IMG/VR virus record: IMGVR_UViG_3300032050_014001
Location: 1-64,000 of that record
DNA length: 64,000 bases
Strand: one strand, 5' to 3'
Source of the DNA: a virus
Lineage: Duplodnaviria > Caudoviricetes
In this document: positions 38,169-48,786 of the stretch, piece after piece
How positions within the stretch are numbered: the stretch's first letter is position 1
How the letters are laid out: every line of letters begins with the position of its first letter
The notes under the pieces: model-generated
Databases searched by the model: none
Seen by the model: only the letters and a program-made list of their open reading frames with translations
What the model was told of the DNA's origin: nothing
Made by a program: the position numbers and the translations under genes

Positions 38169-40736
38169 TTATTCACCAAATAGATCATCCAATTCAAAGA
38201 GAACTTGTTCACTAGGTTTTCTTGGTGTCCAATTAACACATTGATAAAAACGTTCTACTGCTGCATATACAATCTTTTCAAATAGTAATTCTCTATCAGG
38301 TAAAAATATTGATTTAAACTCTTCAGGAAAAACATACTTAAATCCAATACAATTAATTCCATACTTATTTGGTTGTTGTACATAGAAGTATTTGATCTTA
38401 TCACCGGAAGCAATCTTCTCATGTTTTCCTGAAAGGTTTAATTTATCCAAAATAATGTTATGAAAATAAGCAGCCTTTACATGATTAGGCATTCCTTTAC
38501 TCACTTTAAAGTCATGGCACATATTCGCATATTTTTCATAACCACGAATCCCACTTGTTCTTGATACATCTTCAATAGGCAATGCTTGGAATACGTCGTA
38601 TGCTTCTTTTAACACCTCATTTGTCTTAGCACAAGACTTAGTAGTCAACATAGTCTCAATGATCTTCTTGACATATGGTTTAACATTTTTTGGCATTGTT
38701 GTTCTGACAACATCTACACCAGTATATTTCCATTTATCGCACGGAATACCTTCATCATCTAATACATGCAACACATATCTCTTCTTTTCTAAAAATAACC
38801 CAACATCTGCCATGGCTTCTCTCTTAAATGCCAATCGACAATCTTTTGAATTTAATGTTGATTTAGCCCAAATTTGAATCTCATCATTCAATGATTTTTC
38901 TAAACCTTCTGCGTGCTCAAATCCTTGCTTGGTTATTTTACCACCAACACTAAAATCAATTGGAAGTAGCTTTAATGAAAGATAAACACTGTCAGTATCA
39001 CCATAAATTGCTACAGTTTCTAATGTTTTTTGATCAGTAATATTACTATGTTTTGAAATATATTTCTTTGCAATTTCTCTTGCTTGCTTAATAACGGCTT
39101 GTCCAGTCAATGTAATTGATGAAGCAATATCATCATCACCAATGGGCGCGTGTTTATTTCCGAAATAACCGTAACAACTATTAATAAAGATTTTTATACT
39201 TTGTTGCTTTGCGTTAAGCTGTGTGATTTTTGTTTCTAAAAATAATTTTCTATCGGATGGTAATTCTTTATTTGAATATTCTTTCTTATATTTTTTTAAT
39301 TCCGTTTGGATGACTTTTCTTTTTTGATAATAAAAGTCAACCATCTCTGGTACAATTCCTTTATTCTTTTGCGTAAAAAGGACTTTTGCTTTACTAATAG
39401 CCACATCTTCTTTCTTAATAAATTGAGCAAATTTTAGTTTTGACAATTTAAAGACTTGGCCATTGACATGTTGTACTGTTACCTCTTCATCTGTTGTTTC
39501 AATAATCTTGCCGACTTTTGTCTCTGGAGACATGTTCAATGAAATCATTAGGTTGGGATATAGTGAGTTAGCATCAAACGATACAATATCTTCCTGAAAT
39601 CCATTTAATGGTTCTGCAACATATGCTCCTGGATTCCTCGAACCATCATCTTCTTTTCTAATGAAAGTAGAAATGCGTTGTCCTTTCTTTCTTGCTCTAA
39701 TAGCAGCTGCACCTGTGATAATACCCAATGTACCCAATGCACCTTCAAATGTTGTACAACCAATATATGAAATCATTCGAATCAATGAAAGGAATTGTAG
39801 TTTCTCTTCAAGCTTAACTAAAATGTTAACGTCTTGGATGTTATAATCAATAAACGTATCCCAATCATCTACCATGACATCATACAAATCCTTTTCGATA
39901 GCAACTTTCTTTTCACCTAATTCTAATTCACCAATGCTATCTAATTTATAACTTTCTCTATTAGCAAAAGAGAACCGCTTATACACATCCAAGTAGTCTA
40001 CACATGAAATACCATCGATATGATAGCTTGCTTGTGTCTTCCCGAATGTACCAATGAATGTTCTCACATAAGTTCTCTTTACTGGTGAAATTTCATTCAT
40101 ACCAGCTTCACCAAAAATATTCTTCAATCGATTAATAATATATGGAATATCAAACCCAGCACTATTCCATCCCGACAATACATCTGGTGGATCATTTTTA
40201 AAAAATTCAATAACACCAGCTAGAAGGTCTTCTTCTGATTTACAATAATAATAAACAACATCATTCCTTTTTGCTTTATATGGTTTTAAACCCCAAGCAT
40301 AAAATTTCTTTGAAAAAGAATCATAAATTGTCAATACGTTAATAGGCACATCTGCTAATGTAGGATCCGGAAAGCGATCTTTACACACTGCCTCAATATC
40401 AATAAAGTATGTCTTTAACGGAAACTTAGAAAAGTCATCTGTTTCATTATGTTGCCAAAAGATATCTAATAGAGCCTGTTGTACTGCGCCGAAATGTTCA
40501 TACACTCTTCTGATTCCTGATTCAGTAATATATTTTTGCCTTTCGTATGCATTATTAAATGATCTTTTAGCTAACGGCGTATTATAAATCGATACTTCAT
40601 TTCCTCTTTTGTCTTCATAAAAATAATAGGGATGGTATTTCGTAGTGTATGAAATACGATCCCCATCATCTGACCAAGTGTAAATTTCTACAGTTTGATC
40701 TTTAGGATTATAACAAGCGTTGCGATACCCAATCAT
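38169..40736 (-). CDS. gp43: Family B DNA polymerase (gp43)
   Basis: Exonuclease motifs DIE, GWN..FDIPY, YNIQD; polymerase motifs FDANSLYP, KIFINSCYG, YGDTDS, KKRY. Confidence 0.97.
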   Translation of the reverse strand: MIGYRNACYNPKDQTVEIYTWSDDGDRISYTTKYHPYYFYEDKRGNEVSIYNTPLAKRSFNNAYERQKYITESGIRRVYEHFGAVQQALLDIFWQHNETDDFSKFPLKTYFIDIEAVCKDRFPDPTLADVPINVLTIYDSFSKKFYAWGLKPYKAKRNDVVYYYCKSEEDLLAGVIEFFKNDPPDVLSGWNSAGFDIPYIINRLKNIFGEAGMNEISPVKRTYVRTFIGTFGKTQASYHIDGISCVDYLDVYKRFSFANRESYKLDSIGELELGEKKVAIEKDLYDVMVDDWDTFIDYNIQDVNILVKLEEKLQFLSLIRMISYIGCTTFEGALGTLGIITGAAAIRARKKGQRISTFIRKEDDGSRNPGAYVAEPLNGFQEDIVSFDANSLYPNLMISLNMSPETKVGKIIETTDEEVTVQHVNGQVFKLSKLKFAQFIKKEDVAISKAKVLFTQKNKGIVPEMVDFYYQKRKVIQTELKKYKKEYSNKELPSDRKLFLETKITQLNAKQQSIKIFINSCYGYFGNKHAPIGDDDIASSITLTGQAVIKQAREIAKKYISKHSNITDQKTLETVAIYGDTDSVYLSLKLLPIDFSVGGKITKQGFEHAEGLEKSLNDEIQIWAKSTLNSKDCRLAFKREAMADVGLFLEKKRYVLHVLDDEGIPCDKWKYTGVDVVRTTMPKNVKPYVKKIIETMLTTKSCAKTNEVLKEAYDVFQALPIEDVSRTSGIRGYEKYANMCHDFKVSKGMPNHVKAAYFHNIILDKLNLSGKHEKIASGDKIKYFYVQQPNKYGINCIGFKYVFPEEFKSIFLPDRELLFEKIVYAAVERFYQCVNWTPRKPSEQVLFELDDLFGE

Positions 40737-40742
40737 AGAGAA

Positions 40743-40771
40743 ATGATAATAGGTATCGCAACTATAATCAA
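40743..40771 (-). promoter_or_regulatory. Sigma70-like promoter of the polymerase gene
   Basis: TTGATT-N17-TATCAT, 6 nt before the ATG. Confidence 0.6.
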
Positions 40772-41964
40772 GGATTATATCGTCTCAAATTGACGCGGTT
40801 TTGATCGCGATAAGGATACTTATACAATTCCATGTAACAATCCAAATTACGATCGTGCTCTAAGAAACGATTATCAGCTACTTTATATCGTTGAATGGCC
40901 TGATTCTTATAATGGCCTACACGTCCTAATTCTTTTGCAATACAATCTAACATTTCATCACCAGTCTTAAATTTAAGTTCTGCATCTTTATATGTTTCCA
41001 TATCTTGACAAGCAACAGGAATTCCATAGCAACATGCTTCGATATATTTGAGATCAGACTTTGCTTTATTGAAACTATTGTTCTGTAATGGCGCAACAGA
41101 CATTTGAATTTCTAAATCTGAAATCTTTTTTGGATATTCATACAACTTTTGCCATGGATGGAATTCAATATCTCCATTTTGGATATAAGGCCTGAGCGCT
41201 AATGGGAAAGCACCAATGAATACCCATTGATATTTCTTACGAGAATCAATGACTGCTTTTAATACGTGTTCGAAATCATCCTTCTGGCCTACACGATTTT
41301 CTACATCAAAGTGTGCCCCAGAACCAGCATATAGTACACGAGGCTTCTTCTTATGTTTATCATAATTTCTAGAAACCTTAGCTTCACTGAAATAATTCCC
41401 CATCCAGAATCTTGGTACGAAATTCGGAATCACTGTGATTTCATTTTTACCTGTACGTTCACGATACAGTTCTTTCATATAATCACAAGTGACTGTCATT
41501 TCATCACAAAGATTAATAATTTCTATTGCACTTTGTCTAATTTCATCTGCTACGAAAGCTGTTTTGAATTTATTATAATCCGGAATATCTTCACGGAAGA
41601 TAACATCATCAACTTCATATATTAATTTAAATCCAATATCTTTTTGAATACTCTTCAAAAATTTTATGAATTGTAATTGATGGGGTGTAGCTTGTCTTTG
41701 TACACGAATAGCCTTTACATTTTGATACCATCTAGGATCTGTAATCATTACTGTTGATTCAGTAATCATTGCCTTATTATGGAAATTAATAAGGTGTGCT
41801 GGCCAAGACATACGCCACAAACCACAACCAGAATGGTCTGCATTGTAATGAACGACCCTCATGAGATCTTCGGGCGCGTGTTCTGATTTAGGTGGTTGTG
41901 CCTGGGCTGGTTGGCCTGTTGGTTGCAGGCCCATGGGCATGGTATTAATTTTCGGTGTGAACAT
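40768..41964 (-). CDS. GT-B fold glycosyltransferase
   Basis: SGCGLWR, YEVDD, VIPN, APLQNNSFNKAKSDLKYIEA. Confidence 0.8.
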   Translation of the reverse strand: MFTPKINTMPMGLQPTGQPAQAQPPKSEHAPEDLMRVVHYNADHSGCGLWRMSWPAHLINFHNKAMITESTVMITDPRWYQNVKAIRVQRQATPHQLQFIKFLKSIQKDIGFKLIYEVDDVIFREDIPDYNKFKTAFVADEIRQSAIEIINLCDEMTVTCDYMKELYRERTGKNEITVIPNFVPRFWMGNYFSEAKVSRNYDKHKKKPRVLYAGSGAHFDVENRVGQKDDFEHVLKAVIDSRKKYQWVFIGAFPLALRPYIQNGDIEFHPWQKLYEYPKKISDLEIQMSVAPLQNNSFNKAKSDLKYIEACCYGIPVACQDMETYKDAELKFKTGDEMLDCIAKELGRVGHYKNQAIQRYKVADNRFLEHDRNLDCYMELYKYPYRDQNRVNLRRYNP

Positions 41965-41972
41965 CCTAAAGA

Positions 41973-43787
41973 TTAATTATCCAAAAAAGGATTATAATCA
42001 ATCTTTGATGTTACACCATTTTTCTTTTCTAGAAAGATTACGTCACCTGTAGCATGTTGAATACTTTCTTTTCTATGTGAAATAACCATTACACATTCAT
42101 TATGTGCATGTACACGATCTTTTAAAATGTTTGTGACTAATTCTACGCCCTTTTCATCTAACGATGAATCAAACAATTCATCATAGATAGAAATATTATA
42201 AACAACATCTCCCTGCAATCTACGCATATCCATGAATGTAAATAAGCATGCAAAATCCATATTCTTTCTTTCAGCGCCTGAAAAATTAAAATATGAACAA
42301 ATCTTATTTTTTTCATTAATGATTTCTTCTTCGAAATATTCATTAAAGAAGCAAGAACAATTAGCATCCATCTTACGCAAATAAGACATCAAAATAGAAT
42401 TGAACAATGCAAGAATTTTATTGACAATATAAGATTTGACACCTTCTTCAGAGACGATATACTTAATTGTTTCGAGCAAGTTGAGATGTGTTTTATGTTT
42501 ATTAACAATTTCTTTAGCAGTTTCTACTCTGCTGATCATATCAATTAAAATATCATCAACATCTGTTGTATTTGATTTCAAAGATTCAATATCATCATCT
42601 AGTTGAACTAACCATTCATCTAACTGTTTAATCCGATCATTAATATTGATTTTCTTTTGTTCTAGTAACTTAATTTCGTTAACCTTTAAATTGAGTTTAT
42701 CAATTGCTGTTCTGATAGTTGGTTTTTTCTTCTTAAGAGTAGCTAAGTTATCTGCACATGTTAATAATTTTTCATTTAATGAATTAATTTCATTTTGAAT
42801 ATTATTTTTTTCTTTCTCTAACTCTTCTTTATCGTGCTCTGTTACTGGTTTAAGGCAAACGGGGCATGTGTTTTTATTTGTGCCAATAATTTTAAATTTT
42901 TGATTTAATTGATCCAGTGTTGTTGTAATCTTTGATTTAGCTTCTGTAAATTTTTCAATCTTTTGATCACATTGAATTAAACCTTCTTCTAACTTCTTAA
43001 CTTGTTCATTAATCGAATTTTCATCAATATCAATATGCTCTTCTAATTGTTCAATCAATTTAATTTTCTCGGATGAATTATTTTCTTTACGAGCAAGATA
43101 AGTTGAAATTTTTTGTTTTCTCGTGTCGAGAATAGTTTGTTTTTGATTTTCTAAATTCTCTCTAGTCTTTTGTGCTTCTTCGAATTTTGTCAATTCAATT
43201 TCATATATCCGTTTATGATCACTAAATTCTTCTCTAAGAAGAGAAAGCATCTGAGAAAATACTTCTAAATTAAAAATACCTTCAATAAATTTTCTCTTTT
43301 CAACTTTTGATTTAGCCATGAACGGCACTGTATTATTCAAAGTCATAATAACACAATTTTCAAAAATAGAAGGAGATGCATTTAATACATTGAAAATCTC
43401 CTCTTCGGTATTCTTAATAGAATCACGTGTAACGTCTTTACCATCACAAAATAAAGAAAGTTTAGATGGATTCAAAGTTCTCACAATTTTATAAGTATGT
43501 GATGCATTATTTTGAATGACATCAAAAGTTAATTTGACTTCACATGTACCATTAGTATATGTATTCGGAATTAAATCTTTCTTTAATTCTCTCATGGTGC
43601 TCCCAAAAATAGCAAAGTAAACAGATTCAATAACAGAGGTTTTGCCGATCCCATTTCTACGATCAATCTTATCACGATTAATACCCGTAATAATATGTAA
43701 TCCTGGTTTGAATTCGAGTTTTACTGGATTAGTTCCAATAGAAAGAAAATTTTTAATTTCTACCTCTTTAAAATTTACTTTTTTCAT
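41973..43787 (-). CDS. gp46: Recombination endonuclease ATPase subunit (gp46/SbcC/Rad50-like)
   Basis: KNFLSIG, NGIGKT, CPVC hook, FSGAE, DELFDSSLD. Confidence 0.95.
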   Translation of the reverse strand: MKKVNFKEVEIKNFLSIGTNPVKLEFKPGLHIITGINRDKIDRRNGIGKTSVIESVYFAIFGSTMRELKKDLIPNTYTNGTCEVKLTFDVIQNNASHTYKIVRTLNPSKLSLFCDGKDVTRDSIKNTEEEIFNVLNASPSIFENCVIMTLNNTVPFMAKSKVEKRKFIEGIFNLEVFSQMLSLLREEFSDHKRIYEIELTKFEEAQKTRENLENQKQTILDTRKQKISTYLARKENNSSEKIKLIEQLEEHIDIDENSINEQVKKLEEGLIQCDQKIEKFTEAKSKITTTLDQLNQKFKIIGTNKNTCPVCLKPVTEHDKEELEKEKNNIQNEINSLNEKLLTCADNLATLKKKKPTIRTAIDKLNLKVNEIKLLEQKKININDRIKQLDEWLVQLDDDIESLKSNTTDVDDILIDMISRVETAKEIVNKHKTHLNLLETIKYIVSEEGVKSYIVNKILALFNSILMSYLRKMDANCSCFFNEYFEEEIINEKNKICSYFNFSGAERKNMDFACLFTFMDMRRLQGDVVYNISIYDELFDSSLDEKGVELVTNILKDRVHAHNECVMVISHRKESIQHATGDVIFLEKKNGVTSKIDYNPFLDN

Positions 43788-44845
43788 TTTTGAATCTTTT
43801 TATACAAATCTAATGTGTAATTAATAATTTCGCTTTTGTTATTGATATCCATCAATTCAATAAATTCTATAATGGCTTGTTGGACATCAATGCCGGATAA
43901 ATCTTTTTTATCTTCAGCTATATCATAAGGAGAATACGATGAATCATATTCTACAGTAAATTGTAGAGGATTCAATTGTTTTAGTTTTGTCAAAAGAATA
44001 TCCGTATCATCTGCTGTAATACGTTTATCAATTTTTAATTTGATTAAATTATCTTTAAAAAGTTCTTTTACTTCTTCTGTAATTGTTTGTTTTCTTACAA
44101 GATCTGAAAGGAGTATATTATGATGTAATGGAGATACTGTATTTTCTATAAAGCGATAAGACTTGTCACAAACATCTAAAATATAAAATCCTTTAACAGT
44201 TGCAGCATCATTAAAGTCCATTTGAAATGGATTACCCACATAAAGAATAGTGCCGTTATTAAATTTCTTTTCATCTCTCAAATGAAAATGTCCTGTAATA
44301 ATAAGGTCACTCTTTTCTAAGACATCAGAAGCATTATCACCATGATCACAAATGTAATAATTATTTGTTTTGAAATTATTAATTTCAAAATGTCCGAAAG
44401 TAATATGTGCATTTTGAAAATCTTTTAATTTAGTACCCCACGGGATAAAGTTAAATGAATGTCCGTGTGATTCTACTGTTCTGGGTGTATCAATCAAAGT
44501 AACATTTCTCCATCCTCTGAATGGAGATAATGAATTAATTTCGGAAGAGTCTTTTAAGTAACAATCATGGTTACCAGTAATTAAGGTAACATTAAAATCT
44601 TTGAATTGTTCTAAGACCCAAGAACCGAAATGCAAAGAATCAACGGAGACTTCATCCCGTGTATGGAAGAAGTCTCCGCAAAATACTACGTCTTCAATTT
44701 CTTCTTTCTTAAGATTGCTAATATACCATTCAACCCAATCTTTTGCTATATTATGCCAAAATCGGGAGTTTTGGTGTACTCCGATGTGAAGATCGGAGAA
44801 GATAGCAATCTTTTGTTTTTTAAAGAAGTTATTCACTATCGTCAT
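43784..44845 (-). CDS. gp47: Recombination endonuclease nuclease subunit (gp47/SbcD/Mre11-like)
   Basis: SDLHIG, GDFFH, GNHD, GHFH; start uncertain. Confidence 0.93.
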   Translation of the reverse strand: MTIVNNFFKKQKIAIFSDLHIGVHQNSRFWHNIAKDWVEWYISNLKKEEIEDVVFCGDFFHTRDEVSVDSLHFGSWVLEQFKDFNVTLITGNHDCYLKDSSEINSLSPFRGWRNVTLIDTPRTVESHGHSFNFIPWGTKLKDFQNAHITFGHFEINNFKTNNYYICDHGDNASDVLEKSDLIITGHFHLRDEKKFNNGTILYVGNPFQMDFNDAATVKGFYILDVCDKSYRFIENTVSPLHHNILLSDLVRKQTITEEVKELFKDNLIKLKIDKRITADDTDILLTKLKQLNPLQFTVEYDSSYSPYDIAEDKKDLSGIDVQQAIIEFIELMDINNKSEIINYTLDLYKKIQK

Positions 44846-45329
44846 TATACCCGCAATCCCCATCCCCGTCAATCACGGGTTTTACATAAACATTTATTTC
44901 ACCACTAGTAAGAAGTTCTTCATATTTCTGATCACGATAAGCAGTAATTGCATCATGATGTTTCTTTTCTTTCTTAATGCGATTAATAAATGCATGGAAA
45001 GCAATGGTAGTAAAATAAGAGAATGGAGATGTCTCTGAATTAATATCATACTTCTTTCTCTTTAAAGCTGAAAACATTTTTACAATTGCATCACCAATCA
45101 TTTCTTCTTTATATGAATAATTGATGAAAGAAGGGGAAAATGAAAGTCCTTGTGCGATTTTATTCAGAGCTTCACACAAGAAAACAGAACAATCATCTGA
45201 TTTATAATAATCAGTAATTGCTGTTTTTAATTCTTCACAATTGACATAATGTTTATCTTTGCCTACTTTAGGCACAGCTTTTACCTTAGCCTTAGTTTCT
45301 TTTTTATTTTGAGACGTTAACGTTGCCAT
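44829..45329 (-). CDS. gp55: Late-transcription sigma factor (gp55)
   Basis: HYVN, FINYSYKEEMIGDA, PFSYFTTIAFHAFINRIKKEKK. Confidence 0.92.
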   Translation of the reverse strand: MATLTSQNKKETKAKVKAVPKVGKDKHYVNCEELKTAITDYYKSDDCSVFLCEALNKIAQGLSFSPSFINYSYKEEMIGDAIVKMFSALKRKKYDINSETSPFSYFTTIAFHAFINRIKKEKKHHDAITAYRDQKYEELLTSGEINVYVKPVIDGDGDCGYNDDSE

Positions 45330-45371
45330 AACCTATTTTGACAATAATAAGTTATTCCAAATAATAATCTA

Positions 45372-46799
45372 CTATTTTTCAGCCAATTTATGGATGGAAT
45401 ATGGAATATTTTCTCCTTTATAAATAGTTTGTCTCTTTAATCCGTGTTGCATCCCATACTTTAATTGATCAGCTAAGTCTATGATGATTAATTTCTCTTT
45501 GTTCTCGTGCTTGCGTAAACCACGACCAATACTTTGTACAATACGAATAAAACTTTTACCACCTGCAGCAAAAATAATTAAATGAATATTTTTGATGTTT
45601 ACACCGGTGGAGAAAATAGAAGATATGGCAACACAAACCACATTATTTTCTGTTTCCATGATATGTTTAATTTTATCGCGATCTTCTACTTCGACTTCGC
45701 CACGTATAAAATATACCTTCTTGTTTGGCAAGGCTGACAATACAGATTCTAAAATCTCACCATGATCAATGTGGTTAACCATGATCAGCACATTGTTTTT
45801 AAAATTACCACAAATGGTTTTTATGGTATTATTTCGATAATGATTTGTCTTTATGAAATCATTCTCTGCGGCATATTCTTCTGTCGCAAATTGTTTATCT
45901 TCAATCTTTTCTGGTTTTGTTTTATAATCCAATTCAAATACTTTTACCTCTACATTAGTGAGATAATTTTCTAATCTTAATTCATGCGAATTCTTTGTAA
46001 TTAAAACAGGACCTATTTTACCTATAATATTCCATGAATCTATTTTTGATTCAGGTAATGTACCTGTAAATCCAAATTTACAATTTGTTTCTATCTTTTG
46101 TAAGATTTTGGTTAGCTTAGTATCTTTACCAGCTTTATGAACTTCATCCACAATAACCATGTCGACATACTGGATCCAATCACTGTCTTCAAAACGACTT
46201 TGAATAATACCGGTATTAGCAATAATAATATCTGCACTTGAGTCTAGTTCGATAGATCCAGTCCATTTTGTCATAGAAAAAGTTACGCCATATTCTTTAA
46301 AGTCTGAATAGGTTTGATTCACTAATCCCAAATCAGGTACAATAATTAAACATTTAAAAGTAGGGTGCCAACAAGATTGAACCAAGGTAGCCATAGTTAG
46401 TGTCTTACCTGCGCCGGTACCCAAAACAGCAACGCCTCTTCCTCTTTCTAAACATAATTTTACTGTATCTTCTTGATAGTCTCTCAAAGGAAACTTTTCG
46501 AAATAATTATTTTTAAATTGATATACTAAATTAGGAGATAAAGCATCTTTAGCTGCTTTTGTTAAATGTATTTCTGTAGAATAATTGTTTTTAAATAAAA
46601 ATTGTTTTATTTCATTAATCAGGCCTATATCAAATAATCCGGTTGGTGTTATAGAATATAATCGTTTTGGTATGAAACGACTATACCTCATGAATTTTGC
46701 AGCAGGATTTTCTATAGAAAAATGTTCCCTGATTAAATCAAAATGATCTCCAGATAAGATCCCCTTCTTCTTCTTAACATTGTAATCAATCTCTATCAT
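45372..46799 (-). CDS. uvsW: SF2 DNA helicase UvsW
   Basis: LRDYQ, TGAGKT, DEVH, GFTGT, QSIGRGLR. Confidence 0.93.
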   Translation of the reverse strand: MIEIDYNVKKKKGILSGDHFDLIREHFSIENPAAKFMRYSRFIPKRLYSITPTGLFDIGLINEIKQFLFKNNYSTEIHLTKAAKDALSPNLVYQFKNNYFEKFPLRDYQEDTVKLCLERGRGVAVLGTGAGKTLTMATLVQSCWHPTFKCLIIVPDLGLVNQTYSDFKEYGVTFSMTKWTGSIELDSSADIIIANTGIIQSRFEDSDWIQYVDMVIVDEVHKAGKDTKLTKILQKIETNCKFGFTGTLPESKIDSWNIIGKIGPVLITKNSHELRLENYLTNVEVKVFELDYKTKPEKIEDKQFATEEYAAENDFIKTNHYRNNTIKTICGNFKNNVLIMVNHIDHGEILESVLSALPNKKVYFIRGEVEVEDRDKIKHIMETENNVVCVAISSIFSTGVNIKNIHLIIFAAGGKSFIRIVQSIGRGLRKHENKEKLIIIDLADQLKYGMQHGLKRQTIYKGENIPYSIHKLAEK

Positions 46800-47191
46800 T
46801 GCTGTTCTAGTTTTAGAATTTCAATAACGTTCTTAATATCATAGGTCATAGAATTAAAATTCTTTTCAACCTTTTCTAGAAGTTCCACAACATACTCTAA
46901 TTCTTTTATTTTCTTATTAAGAAGAGCCACTTCTTGAAAGTCATCAATTCTTTTCTCAGCTGTGATTTTAGAGATTGCAACCGGTGCATCTGATATTACT
47001 CTTTCTAGGAGACTTTTTTTAAGCTCTTCTTTTTGTTTTTGTAAGACATTGATTTCTACTTTATGTTTAATTAAACGGCCTACCCAAAAATGCTTTTTAG
47101 AAGGTAATCGAAGTTGAACATCTCTTATGTTCATTTCATCCAGTACTAGATCTGCTTCGATTTCTTTTATATAACGATCTAATAACTCCAT
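46796..47191 (-). CDS. uvsY: Recombination mediator UvsY-like protein
   Basis: Helical; C-terminal MTYDIKNVIE; adjacent to uvsW. Start re-called to MELLDRY. Confidence 0.7.
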   Translation of the reverse strand: MELLDRYIKEIEADLVLDEMNIRDVQLRLPSKKHFWVGRLIKHKVEINVLQKQKEELKKSLLERVISDAPVAISKITAEKRIDDFQEVALLNKKIKELEYVVELLEKVEKNFNSMTYDIKNVIEILKLEQQ

Positions 47192-47217
47192 TGAATAATG
47201 ATAAATAAAAATCATTA

Positions 47218-47427
47218 ATGTCAAGGTCCTTTGAAGAATTATATAAAAAATTAATGGAGATGATGTCTGCAGATGTTTTAGGACCTGGTTCTGAAACAAA
47301 CATGGGTGGTGCTGTCGGTAATAAAGATTTTTATAATCCCGGAAGTACAGTACTAGCTAAGCCATTAGGAGCGCGTAAAAAGCGCAAAATGAGATTCCAG
47401 AGAAGAAACCTTAAAAGGACCTTATAA
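47218..47427 (+). CDS. Small late protein with a basic C-terminus
   Basis: MSRSFEELYKKLME; TAAATA 10 nt upstream. Confidence 0.6.
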   Translation: MSRSFEELYKKLMEMMSADVLGPGSETNMGGAVGNKDFYNPGSTVLAKPLGARKKRKMRFQRRNLKRTL

Positions 47428-47825
47428 TGGATATTGGACACTGGGAAAGCACTATTCCGTTTGTTTCTGCATATGGTTTTGTATATCTAATAACCAATAC
47501 AGTCTCTAATAAGAAATATATTGGTAAAAAACAAATGCAAACTGTTAAAAAATTAAAACCTTTAAAAGGTAAAAAGAACAAGAGACATTTTGTTATAGAA
47601 ACAGATTGGAAAGAATATATGTCTTCTTCAAATGAATTATTAAGTGATATTGAAAAATTTGGAAAAGATAAATTTAAATTTCAAATCTTAAGATTCTGTG
47701 ATAGTAAAAGTGAATTAGCTTACTATGAAGCAAAAGAACAATTTGACAGAGAAGTCCTCATGAGTGATGATTATTATAATGGTATAATTAATCTCAGAAT
47801 TGGTAAGATTAAAAGAAAAGTTTAA
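47427..47825 (+). CDS. GIY-YIG endonuclease (single domain)
   Basis: GFVYLITN..KKYIGKK, conserved Glu (YYEAKEQ), YYN. Confidence 0.85.
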   Translation: MDIGHWESTIPFVSAYGFVYLITNTVSNKKYIGKKQMQTVKKLKPLKGKKNKRHFVIETDWKEYMSSSNELLSDIEKFGKDKFKFQILRFCDSKSELAYYEAKEQFDREVLMSDDYYNGIINLRIGKIKRKV

Positions 47826-47874
47826 AATACCGGGTTGATAATTAGACCCTCTAGATAACTATAATAGAGGTTCG

Positions 47875-48378
47875 ATGATAGAGAGTGTAACATATAGTGA
47901 ATATAATATTAAAATATATAACTTAATTAATATTATTAATATTGCTGAACTCGATATATTTAAATATTTCCATAATAACAATATTATTATTAATTTTAAA
48001 TCTCGTGACTGTAAACGATTAATTACACATTTTATTATTAATAATATTTTACAATATATTAAAAATCCGGGTGCTGAGAAAATTATATTAAATTATAATA
48101 ATCTACAATTACAGATATTAGATAGTTGCCATTTAAATGATATAGATATTATAATTAATAAGGTATTACGAAAATTCAAAATTTGTTATATTAATTATAA
48201 TAATATAAACAATTTACAAACTATTGATCTTTTAGATATTAAAAGAAACTTACAACGTTGTGACATTACAACTAATAAAATTTATACAATAAAAAAGTTT
48301 CTCAAAGAAGGTGGATTTTATCAACTTACAAAATCTATCGATATTGATCAACATTTGAGAATGTCATTAGCTAAATAA
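47875..48378 (+). CDS. Very AT-rich hypothetical protein, possible degenerate RNase H/5'-3' exonuclease fragment
   Basis: RLITHFIINNILQYIK..EKIIL resembles the T4 RNase H N-terminal helix; no acidic catalytic motifs. Confidence 0.35.
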   Translation: MIESVTYSEYNIKIYNLINIINIAELDIFKYFHNNNIIINFKSRDCKRLITHFIINNILQYIKNPGAEKIILNYNNLQLQILDSCHLNDIDIIINKVLRKFKICYINYNNINNLQTIDLLDIKRNLQRCDITTNKIYTIKKFLKEGGFYQLTKSIDIDQHLRMSLAK

Positions 48379-48383
48379 ACTTT

Positions 48384-48785
48384 ATGAAGTTTACCCAGCT
48401 AGTAAATGAAAAATTAAGGCTCTATGGTGAGGCTGAATTACCAGTACAATCTAATCAACCTCCTATGCAACCAGATGCAGCAATGCCCCCACCGATGGAA
48501 TCTGAGCCGGCTACCCCTAATGAAATTGATGATCTAAAAAAAGATGTCGATTCAAAAGTTTCATTAATTATAAAAGGTTCTCTAGACATGATTAGAGATG
48601 TTATGAGCGTAGTTAAACAAACATTTGCTAGTGAATTAAATTCAACTAAAGGTGATGTACTGGATGATAAATTGCAAAATATCATCGATGCTGCTAGTAT
48701 CACTGATACAGAATCAGCTACACCTGATAAGCTAGATGAAATTCAACGTAAAGTAAGGGAATTACTACCAGGAGGTGAAGTATAA
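48384..48785 (+). CDS. Hypothetical late protein
   Basis: MKFTQLVNE; Pro-rich linker; TAAATA 6 nt upstream. Confidence 0.6.
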   Translation: MKFTQLVNEKLRLYGEAELPVQSNQPPMQPDAAMPPPMESEPATPNEIDDLKKDVDSKVSLIIKGSLDMIRDVMSVVKQTFASELNSTKGDVLDDKLQNIIDAASITDTESATPDKLDEIQRKVRELLPGGEV

Positions 48786-48786
48786 T

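Noticed and set aside
15006-46799. Introns or inteins in terminase, helicase, UvsX, polymerase or UvsW
   Set aside because: All are continuous, of ordinary length and lack splice-junction motifs.
47427-47825. Mobile homing endonuclease element
   Set aside because: Single catalytic domain only, not inside an intron, and translationally coupled to the upstream gene.
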